A program made the translations under genes and the position numbers. The notes under the pieces were generated by a model that had not been told where the DNA came from, ran no database searches, and saw only the letters and a program-made list of their open reading frames with translations. From an uncultured Clostridium sp. (lineage in GTDB: Bacteria; Bacillota; Clostridia; TANB77; CAG-508), in the NCBI GenBank assembly GCA_945946655.1, contig CAMEWM010000001.1:4365-68364 (forward strand): 64,000 nt of DNA, given 5' to 3'. This document shows, piece by piece, positions 9,671 through 17,407 of the stretch (position 1 is its first letter; each line of letters starts with the position of its first letter).

Positions 9671-10813
9671 ATGAGCGTAATGGAATTAACTAAAAACAAA
9701 AAATATAAAATTGAAGTTGTTCTTGGATACAATGGTGAAAGAAGAATTAGACATCTTGAAACTTTCTATGGTAAGAAAAGTGAAGCAAAGGCTTATGAAT
9801 TTGAGCTTAGAAAGAAGTTATTAAATGGTACTGATTTTCAAAAAAGAAATATGACCATAAAAGATTTAAGTGAAGAATATTTTAAATATAAACAGGACAC
9901 TATTGAAAAGAAAACTTATATTAATTATGGTAGAAGATTAAAATTAGTTATTAAACGAATTGGATATGTAAAAGTTAGAGAAATTAATATGAAAATTCTT
10001 GAAGATTTCTATCATTACTTAAGACATAAATATATTACAAGAAAAGGTACACCTCTTAGCCCTACTACAATCCAACACTATTATGCATTATTAAATGGTA
10101 TGCTAGAATATGCGGTTAAATGTGGATACAGAGATGATAATCCTAATAAAAAAATTGATAAACCTAAAAGAGCTAAACCAAAGAAAAATAGTTATACTTT
10201 AGAACAAGCAAAAAAATTGGTTTCTGTACTTCCAAATGAACCACTAAAATATCAAGCAATTATTCTTTTAGCTTTAGATTCTGGCTGCAGACGTGGTGAA
10301 CTTACAGGATTAACTTGGGATGATATTGATTTCAAAGATTTAAAAATTAATATTAATAAAACTACTCAATATGCCTATGGCGAAATATATGAAAAGGGAA
10401 CTAAATCAGCACATAGTGTAAGAACAAATTTCATTCTTCCCTATACTGCTGAAGTCCTAAAAAAATTTCAAAAAGAACAAATGGAAAAGAAATTACTTTT
10501 AGGCTCTAAATGGCAAGGAAGTAAAAGAGTTTTTACTACTGATTATGGTGCAGATATTCATCCAGATACTCTTACTAAAATAATGAAAAAAATTGTAGCA
10601 AAATACGATTTGCCACCGCTTACCCTTCATGGATTAAGACATACTAATGTATCTCTTATGATTTCTAAAGGCGTACAACCTCAAGTTATTAGTAGAAAAG
10701 TTGGACATTCAAGTATTCAGGTTACTGATCAATACTATTCTCATTTCTTCGAGGATGAGTTTAGAGATGCTACAAATTCAATTAGTGATATTTTTGCTGT
10801 CAACGAAAATTAA
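9671..10813 (+). CDS. Tyrosine recombinase / site-specific integrase
   Basis: Catalytic-region motifs DSGCRRGEL (Arg I) and HGLRHTNVSLMI...VGHSSIQVTDQYYSH (H-x-x-R ... H ... Y). N-terminal SAM-like domain. Confidence 0.9.
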   Translation: MSVMELTKNKKYKIEVVLGYNGERRIRHLETFYGKKSEAKAYEFELRKKLLNGTDFQKRNMTIKDLSEEYFKYKQDTIEKKTYINYGRRLKLVIKRIGYVKVREINMKILEDFYHYLRHKYITRKGTPLSPTTIQHYYALLNGMLEYAVKCGYRDDNPNKKIDKPKRAKPKKNSYTLEQAKKLVSVLPNEPLKYQAIILLALDSGCRRGELTGLTWDDIDFKDLKININKTTQYAYGEIYEKGTKSAHSVRTNFILPYTAEVLKKFQKEQMEKKLLLGSKWQGSKRVFTTDYGADIHPDTLTKIMKKIVAKYDLPPLTLHGLRHTNVSLMISKGVQPQVISRKVGHSSIQVTDQYYSHFFEDEFRDATNSISDIFAVNEN

Positions 10814-10842
10814 AATAGACGAGATTTTATATATGATCCCGC

Positions 10843-11746
10843 CTATTTTTTTACTTCATCAATAGATCTTTTTATTCTCATAAATCCCAAATAATTTGTC
10901 ATTTCTGGATACATTACGGATGTTGATGAAACTCCCATATATAAATAATTCATAAATCCTATAATATGTTCATACTTATTATATTGTATATTACTTCCTT
11001 CAAAGTTAATCTTATATTCACTTTTAAATGGTTGTAATATGCTATTTATAAGTTTTTTATTATTCATATATGGATAAAACATAAATTTATTTTCTCCTTG
11101 AAGCCCTTTATACATTATAGTTCCATCATTAATACTTAAAATCATGTTATGTCTTAAATAATAGTTTTCATCATTATTGTATATTTCATCCATCTCATTT
11201 ACTATATTTATATAGTCAAAATTAAGTTTATTACAAACGATAAATGTTAATATTTGATCTCGTATATTATCTACAGGGTTAAACTTTATTGTTCCACTAT
11301 CATTAAAAATATATGGATTATTGCTTTGAATCTCATTTCTCAATAATTTATTGTCTCGTAATTTTAATAACGCTTCTTTAAGATTATTTTTTGATAAATC
11401 TGATTTTACTTCTCCTATTGCAACTACACATTCAATTGGGAAAAACCTTTGTTTATTATTATTTTCTATTAACGGACAATTGTTCTTATCATATATTATA
11501 AGATCGCACTGTGTGCTTATTTTTCCTGTTGAAGTTATAATAAAACCATCACCAATTTCTAATCTTCCTGGAATAACATTTCTCAACAAATCTTTTGTCA
11601 ATTCTTCTCTATATCTTCCAAATTCTCCGCGGATGAATTAATTTTCCATCTCTATCAACAAATATATTTTTTGAATTTATTGTATAATTATCAACAAAAT
11701 TTTGTATTTTATCATCCAATATTGTTTGAAATATTTTATTACCCAT
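10843..11746 (-). pseudogene. PD-(D/E)xK nuclease-like protein (DUF6602-like by recollection), interrupted by a 1-nt insertion
   Basis: ATG at 11746 gives MGNKIFQTILDDK...DRDGKLIHP, then the frame breaks at CCGCGG (11627-11632). The next frame continues GEFGRYREELTKDLLRNVIPGRLEIGDGFII...CDLIIYD...AIGEVKS (D...E-x-K). Span length 904 = 3n+1. Confidence 0.55.
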
Positions 11747-11764
11747 CTTTATTTCCTTTTCTTC

Positions 11765-12706
11765 CTATTTTTTTACCAAGTTTGTTATTTTACTTATAAC
11801 ACTTTCTAATTCTTTCGACTGTTTTGATTTTTCTTCTTCTGTATTCATATATTCTAATTGCATATCTATTACAGCCTTCAAATATCCATAATATTCTTTA
11901 CTCTGCTCTTCATCTAATTCATGTATGCTTATACTTAATATACCATAAAGATTCTTTAACAGTTTTCTAACTCTTGGATCAAATTCTTCTTTAACAGCTT
12001 CTATCTTTTTATCCATGTGTTCATCTTCTATTTTCTTGCTTCCAAGATAAAAGTTTATCATTTTTTCAAATATTCTTCTAAGATATGCATATGCTCCAAC
12101 ATAGAATTGATCAGCATTTGATAAATCAGCTTTTTTATAGTCTTCATAAGCATTTAATCTCTCTAATATTTTTTTATATTTATCAAAATCAAACCCCTTA
12201 ATTGTTATCATTGACGGATTTTGGCCAATTTTTCTAACAATAAATTTTCCATCTTTTAATTCTATTGAGATCATCATCAAATATCGATGCGCATCATTAT
12301 TGGTACATTCACAATAATATTCTATATACCAAATAATATTATTTAATAGCATTTCTTTATTATATGGTGGTTGCATTCCATGGAGGAATCCACTTGACAT
12401 TTCTATTCTACCTGGTATTGGAGGAGTCATAGATCCTTTAGGTGTCTTTGTAATACTCATATAGTAAGTAAAATTTATATCATGTTCTAATTTTCCACAA
12501 CTCTTCTCTATATTAAAAGGAAATTCTTTTTTACATTTGTGGCAATAAGTTACAATTTTGTTTTTATTAAGACCAATATATTTAACAAAATTTGACATCT
12601 CTGTTTCATTTAGTTCATATACCCCTTCTTTTAATTCAAATACTTTAAATTCTTCTTTTGCATATAATGGTACATCATTAAACAAATAGTCTATATTTTT
12701 CTCCAT
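11765..12706 (-). CDS. Hypothetical Zn-ribbon protein with DUF4145-like C-terminal helical domain
   Basis: ATG at 12706 behind AGGAGG. CHKCKKEF zinc-ribbon half-site. C-terminal AYAYLRRIFEKMINFYL...SISIHELDEE resembles the DUF4145 pattern also seen at the hsdR N-terminus. Confidence 0.6.
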   Translation of the reverse strand: MEKNIDYLFNDVPLYAKEEFKVFELKEGVYELNETEMSNFVKYIGLNKNKIVTYCHKCKKEFPFNIEKSCGKLEHDINFTYYMSITKTPKGSMTPPIPGRIEMSSGFLHGMQPPYNKEMLLNNIIWYIEYYCECTNNDAHRYLMMISIELKDGKFIVRKIGQNPSMITIKGFDFDKYKKILERLNAYEDYKKADLSNADQFYVGAYAYLRRIFEKMINFYLGSKKIEDEHMDKKIEAVKEEFDPRVRKLLKNLYGILSISIHELDEEQSKEYYGYLKAVIDMQLEYMNTEEEKSKQSKELESVISKITNLVKK

Positions 12707-12781
12707 TTTGTCCTCCTTCTTGATATTTTCCCACATTATATCACTTTTCCCTCAAAAAATAAACCGCCTAACACTACAAAA

Positions 12782-12825
12782 ATAAAGTGCAGAATTTGTA
12801 CTTTAAAATCACACAATTGCACTTT
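12782..12825. repeat. Inverted repeat TAAAGTGCA-N26-TGCACTTTA upstream of the 11765-12706 gene
   Basis: Read directly. Shares the 14-mer AATTGCACTTTAAA with the palindrome at 32108-32134. Confidence 0.6.
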
Positions 12826-12890
12826 AAATTTTTACTAATTTTTCAATTACAAAAACTTTCGCCACTTTTTCGCCACTTTTTTAGGCAAAT

Positions 12891-12921
12891 AAAAAAATCA
12901 AGGAACTTTGAATCCCTTGAT
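12891..12921 (-). terminator. Rho-independent terminator downstream of the tRNA fragment
   Basis: Minus strand: stem ATCAAGG/CCTTGAT (12897-12903 with 12915-12921), 11-nt loop, then TTTTTTT. Confidence 0.6.
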
Positions 12922-12926
12922 AAATC

Positions 12927-12971
12927 TGGTTGCGGGGGTAAGACTCGAACTTACGACCTTCGGGTTATGAG
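12927..12971 (-). pseudogene. Orphan 3' half of initiator tRNA-Met (anticodon loop to CCA), att-site scar
   Basis: Minus strand reads CTCATAACCCGAAGGTCGTAAGTTCGAGTCTTACCCCCGCAACCA. This covers the CAT anticodon loop, T-arm GTAAG-TTCGAGT-CTTAC, and acceptor 3' strand plus ACCA. No complementary 5' acceptor strand or D-arm lies upstream. Confidence 0.75.
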
Positions 12972-13089
12972 GGTTACATAACGTATTTTATTAGATGTGT
13001 TGAATTGTATTGTATGCTAGTGATATTAGTACTTTGCTGGTTTTTTATTTAGTGTACAATTTTGTTAAAATTGGGGTGATTTTGAAAAT

Positions 13090-13114
13090 TTGATCCCCAA
13101 TTTCTCCCCAATTT
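13090..13114 (+). repeat. Left copy of the 25-bp direct repeat (candidate attL core)
   Basis: Exact match to 35184-35208. Flanking bases differ on both sides. Confidence 0.7.
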
Positions 13115-13202
13115 TTATTGGAATATTTTAGGAGATTTGTACTAATTTCGTTTGATTTTTATTGGAAGGTTTTAGGAGATTTGTACTAATTGTATTTGAT
13201 TT
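13115..13202 (+). repeat. Tandem 44-bp repeat x2 directly inside the left direct repeat
   Basis: TTATTGGAATATTTTAGGAGATTTGTACTAATTTCGTTTGATTT versus TTATTGGAAGGTTTTAGGAGATTTGTACTAATTGTATTTGATTT (5 mismatches). Confidence 0.8.
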
Positions 13203-13305
13203 CTAATAGTAATTAAATTTATTTTTTACGATTTTGATTATTTTTTTAAATGAATTTTTATTACTATTTTAGATTTTTAATTAAATTTTGAAAGGAATGA
13301 TTTTT

Positions 13306-13611
13306 ATGGATTTAGATAATAAAGTTAATGATTTGATGAGAGAATGGATTATTTTTAGAGATGAGTGTTTGAGCAGAATTACTGAAGAAGATAAAGGACA
13401 TTTAATTGAGTTTGATAAGTATTGTGATAATATTTTGAAAAATGTTGCAAGTTGTAATAAGAAGTATGTTCAAAAGCAATTGGACAAGCTTGATGAGAAT
13501 TATCTTGATTATATTGGTTATTGGAATGATAAATATTATAGGGCTGGTTTTGGTGATTGCTTGAATTTGGTTATTATTAGTTTGGGTGGTGGTAAATTTG
13601 AAACTAGGTAA
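13306..13611 (+). CDS. Small hypothetical protein, paralogue of the next ORF
   Basis: ATG at 13306 behind AAAGGA. C-terminal QLDKLDENYLDYIGYWNDKYYRAGFGD matches QLDKLYDDFMRYLDYWNENYYRNGVID of the next ORF. Confidence 0.55.
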   Translation: MDLDNKVNDLMREWIIFRDECLSRITEEDKGHLIEFDKYCDNILKNVASCNKKYVQKQLDKLDENYLDYIGYWNDKYYRAGFGDCLNLVIISLGGGKFETR

Positions 13612-13636
13612 ATATGGTGTTTGAGCTAAGAAGTAT

Positions 13637-13972
13637 TTGGAAGAGTATAAGCCTTTTAAGTTTTCTCGTTTGGTTATGGATGGTTCTGTTATGGATTATT
13701 TGTTGGAGTTTGAATATCATTTGAAGGGTTATGCTAATTTGATTGAGTTTGAACTTAGAGAAAAGTTTCCTGCTCCTTCTGAGAATGAGAGTTTTGTTGA
13801 GCAGGTTAATTATATTCATATGATTCAGGAGATGGTTGATGAGTTTGTTCAGTTTCAGCTTGATAAGTTGTATGATGATTTTATGAGGTATCTGGATTAT
13901 TGGAATGAGAATTATTATAGGAATGGGGTTATAGATGGTTCTCAGATAGCTATGGGATGTTTTGAGGAATAA
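13637..13972 (+). CDS. Small hypothetical protein, paralogous C-terminal module
   Basis: TTG start in the track. Shares the YLDYWN-x-x-YYR-x-G module. The N-terminal half loosely recalls TnpV-type transposon proteins (low confidence). Confidence 0.5.
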   Translation: MEEYKPFKFSRLVMDGSVMDYLLEFEYHLKGYANLIEFELREKFPAPSENESFVEQVNYIHMIQEMVDEFVQFQLDKLYDDFMRYLDYWNENYYRNGVIDGSQIAMGCFEE

Positions 13973-13980
13973 AATTAATA

Positions 13981-14014
13981 CCGGAAGAATTTTAAATTTT
14001 CTTCCGGTGGTTTT
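13981..14014 (+). terminator. Rho-independent terminator
   Basis: Stem CCGGAAGAA (13981-13989) with TTCTTCCGG (13999-14007), followed by TGGTTTT. Confidence 0.65.
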
Positions 14015-14053
14015 ATGATACCAGAATATTTTTCGATTTTCTTCTAGTATTTC

Positions 14054-16633
14054 TTATATACCAGAAAAAGGTTCCAGTTTTTGTTCAAATATTAAATTAA
14101 TTAAGTCTTCTTTTTTCAAATCTTGTTTATATTCTATATTGTTTTGGCTTAATATTTCAACTATTTCTTCTTTTTCAAATGTTGTTAATTCACCTTTTAA
14201 TTGATCTTCTATTATCATTGAGCAATAATTATAGACTCTAGTAGTTTCCTCTTTTTCAAAAGGTCTATAATGTCTTTTTATTTTTATATATAAATTTGTT
14301 TTATCTTTCACATCATTATTTGTTAACATTGTTATTATTTCATTAACCTTTTCTTTTTTCTTATCTTCATTTTCTATTTCAATAACGCATAATATATATG
14401 TTATAAATGTCTCAAATTTGTTTTTTTCTTCTTTTATATATAATAATTTACATTCTAAAAACATATTAATAATGTATTCTTTCATAGAATCATCTATAAT
14501 ATTTTCATTTCGTATCATTATATATTCATAGAACTCATCTATCTCATATTGGATCATCCCTTCATCATAATATATCACATATTTATTATATATTCTTAAT
14601 GTTTGTATTAATATCTCTTTATATCTTTTAGTCAATTCTTCATCATTTAGATTACTAATTCTTAATGATATATCTATTATCAATTCAAGTATAGCATTTA
14701 TATCTGTATCTATAGTTACATAATAATTAGTTTTTCTTAAGAACACTATATTTTTTATTGTTTCTTCTTGCTCTAAAAATTCTAATAACTCATCAAATAT
14801 ATCTTCTCTATATAAAATGTCTTTATTAATTTTATTATCTTTAACTATATTAAAATTATAGTAATTTCTATAAATATTGCATATGGATATCGGTTCTAAA
14901 CAATTAAACATATGATTTAAAGCGATTCTTGCCCCATTATATTTCTTTATAAATTTTATATTAGTAGTAAGCATTGTTAATATTTTTTCAAGAGCTTTAT
15001 ATATCATTTCTAGCTTTACTCTTTTATACTTAGTTTCACTTTCTAATAATGTATATATTGGTATAATTAATAGCTCAATAGCATTTCTTAAGTTTATTTC
15101 GGATTCTTGATTTATTGCTTCTTTACAAATTACTATTACAGTGTCTACATACATTCCATCAATTAAACTTACAAATTTATCCCCATTTTTTATAAATATC
15201 TCTTTCATTATTCCTGTTGTCTCAAATAATAAATTTTCATTATTTAACTCCACAATGTCTTTAATATTATTTAAATAATAAGTTAATATGATTTTAATAG
15301 TTAGCTCTATATTATCCTTATTATTGATATATTTATTTTCTGATCCTAAAATAATTAATGCATAATATGTCTTTTGAATAATCGATATAATATCTCTGTT
15401 CTTTTCTTTTAAAGCTATTTTAGAGTATTCTTGTAAATATTCTAATATATATTTCTCTATAAAAATATCATTTTCCCCAGTCGATATAATCTCTGCTAAT
15501 AGCGGTTCTTCTAAATGGGTTATCTTATTTTTTCTTCTTTCTAACCTTTCTTTTGCAATATTAACATACACTTGCATAGCTTCTCTAAAGGCTATTGTGT
15601 CATTTATATTGTCTCTTACTATCATATTAATACATTGTACATATGCGGTATATATTTGATTGAATACTTCCATAAAACGTATATCGCTTTCTATTTTTTG
15701 GTTATTTCTTTCAGTATATTTCTTTATAATTTTGTATTCTTTTTCCAAGCATTTTGTAGTAACTTTTATCTTCTTTTCGCATTCTTTTATTATTTTTACT
15801 TTATCCAATTTATTCGATATAACTACTAAGTCAAGTCCAAATAATATAAAAATATATGTCAAACAGCAAATGTAAATTGATGTACTAATATAGTTATTAC
15901 AAATAATGTTAGACATAAATATAAATAAAATAGAAATTATTACTACTACAATATATTGTAAAATATCATATTTTTTATCATTTAATATCTTATCCATAAC
16001 TGAATTCATATATTTATATAATATTTGCTGTTTATATGTATTTAAAGAAAATATTAAAGCAACCATTCCGATTAGAGCTATTCCTGTGTCAGAATATATA
16101 TTATCTACTTTTAATTCAAAATCTATTATTACTAATAGTTTACTTATTATACATATCAAAATTATAAGTATTAATAGACTTATAAAAAGATAAATCGTTT
16201 TATATTGATTAAACTTTTCTAGTTCAAACAAAGCAATTCTTCTTTTTATTGCAAGTATTTTTTCTCCTATAAGCTTTTTTATTTTCTTATTATTCTTTAT
16301 TATTTTAATCGTTATAATAATTATAATAATACCAATTGCACAACCTAAAATTATCGTTTTATATGTATAAATAAATTTTGTAATCCATATAAAAAAACTA
16401 CAAACATAGAATATTAATGAAAATACTATTAATCGTATAGTCCAATGTGTAATAGAACCTATTCCTTTACCAGAAATAATATCATTATTATATAATTTTC
16501 TAACGCATTTCCATGCTATTCTATACGCAATTAAACCTATTATTGCCATAGCTATATAATTATATATAATGTTATCAAATAATATATATTCTCCTGTTAC
16601 TATTTCAAAAATTGGTTTTAGTATTTGTTTCAA
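14054..16633 (-). CDS. Large orphan membrane protein (859 aa): N-terminal ~8 TM segments plus ~570-aa all-helical cytoplasmic region
   Basis: Long uninterrupted ORF. Hydrophobic stretches through about residue 290. No catalytic motif recognised. Confidence 0.7.
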   Translation of the reverse strand: MKQILKPIFEIVTGEYILFDNIIYNYIAMAIIGLIAYRIAWKCVRKLYNNDIISGKGIGSITHWTIRLIVFSLIFYVCSFFIWITKFIYTYKTIILGCAIGIIIIIITIKIIKNNKKIKKLIGEKILAIKRRIALFELEKFNQYKTIYLFISLLILIILICIISKLLVIIDFELKVDNIYSDTGIALIGMVALIFSLNTYKQQILYKYMNSVMDKILNDKKYDILQYIVVVIISILFIFMSNIICNNYISTSIYICCLTYIFILFGLDLVVISNKLDKVKIIKECEKKIKVTTKCLEKEYKIIKKYTERNNQKIESDIRFMEVFNQIYTAYVQCINMIVRDNINDTIAFREAMQVYVNIAKERLERRKNKITHLEEPLLAEIISTGENDIFIEKYILEYLQEYSKIALKEKNRDIISIIQKTYYALIILGSENKYINNKDNIELTIKIILTYYLNNIKDIVELNNENLLFETTGIMKEIFIKNGDKFVSLIDGMYVDTVIVICKEAINQESEINLRNAIELLIIPIYTLLESETKYKRVKLEMIYKALEKILTMLTTNIKFIKKYNGARIALNHMFNCLEPISICNIYRNYYNFNIVKDNKINKDILYREDIFDELLEFLEQEETIKNIVFLRKTNYYVTIDTDINAILELIIDISLRISNLNDEELTKRYKEILIQTLRIYNKYVIYYDEGMIQYEIDEFYEYIMIRNENIIDDSMKEYIINMFLECKLLYIKEEKNKFETFITYILCVIEIENEDKKKEKVNEIITMLTNNDVKDKTNLYIKIKRHYRPFEKEETTRVYNYCSMIIEDQLKGELTTFEKEEIVEILSQNNIEYKQDLKKEDLINLIFEQKLEPFSGI

Positions 16634-16657
16634 TAGTTTTCCTCCATAATAATTCTA

Positions 16658-17278
16658 TTATTTATTGTTTTTATTTTTGGGCAAATAATTTTTAATATCA
16701 TTAACAAAAAATGAAAGTAAATCTCCTTGCTTAAGTCCCTTTCTCTTTTGTCCCATATCCTTTCTAATTTCAAATACTATTTCTTCTAGTAAAAATAAAT
16801 TTTGCATAGCTATTGTTTTATCTTGTGAAAGTTCTCTAAATTTAATCCATTTTTTTATTACCCTGCTTGATCCCCATAATGTAAGTGACTCTGAAAAAGA
16901 AGATATATCATTTATCATTTGCTCTTGAGTATATTCTTCTTGATTATTTCTAGTGCTTTTTTGCAATTTGTATACCATTGATATAAAAGCTTTATACGGT
17001 TCTTCTCTTTTTTCATACAAATATCTTTTTGTTATTTGCCTGTATTCTATAAATTTAGATACAATTGAACTAATCAATACTGTTACTATAGATATACCAC
17101 CTGTAATAATTGCTACAATAACTACACTATCCATACTAGATGTAATACCACCTATTTTTTCTATTCCTTTTATTAATAAAATTCCTATATGTTTTATTAA
17201 TAAATATATTAATAAAAATAAAATTGCTACAATTGCTAAAGAATATATCATATTCAATACTTCTTTAAATTTCTTCAT
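16658..17278 (-). CDS. Orphan membrane protein (206 aa, 2 TM plus soluble C-terminal domain)
   Basis: ATG at 17278 behind AGGGTGA. Candidate own promoter TCGACA-N16-TATGAT upstream. 24-nt gap to the 859-aa ORF. Confidence 0.65.
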   Translation of the reverse strand: MKKFKEVLNMIYSLAIVAILFLLIYLLIKHIGILLIKGIEKIGGITSSMDSVVIVAIITGGISIVTVLISSIVSKFIEYRQITKRYLYEKREEPYKAFISMVYKLQKSTRNNQEEYTQEQMINDISSFSESLTLWGSSRVIKKWIKFRELSQDKTIAMQNLFLLEEIVFEIRKDMGQKRKGLKQGDLLSFFVNDIKNYLPKNKNNK

Positions 17279-17407
17279 AAAAATCACCCTTTTTATACTA
17301 TCATACTTTATTTAAATATTTTGTCGAAACCTGTCTTTTCTTATCAAAAAAGCAAAAAAATTATGTAACTTTCAATTACTTTCATATTTTGCTTTTCATC
17401 AGTATAT

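Larger units (their letters stand above)
7189..10813. mobile_element. Core module of a small integrative element (int, XRE repressor-like, divergent xis-like HTH and small ORFs); true boundaries not defined
   Basis: Divergent layout: HTH-int on the plus strand, xis-like gene plus three small ORFs on the minus strand. This resembles lysogeny/excision modules of prophage remnants, satellites or IMEs. No flanking direct repeats found. Confidence 0.4.

Noticed and set aside
12857-12877. Tandem TTTCGCCACT x2 shares TTTCGCC with the iteron core (TTTCGCCTAT) 18 kb away.
   Set aside because: The shared string is only 7 nt, too short to exclude chance in 64 kb. It is noted but not claimed as a functional link.
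12787-12981. 64-aa plus-strand ORF spanning the tRNA fragment.
   Set aside because: It is antisense to the tRNA-fMet 3' half and its terminator, with no RBS. It is an artefact of the non-coding region.
12927-13005. A possible complete tRNA gene.
   Set aside because: Upstream of the anticodon loop the sequence (TATGTAACC) cannot pair with CCCGA to form the anticodon stem. No GCGGGG 5' acceptor strand exists, so only the 3' half is present.
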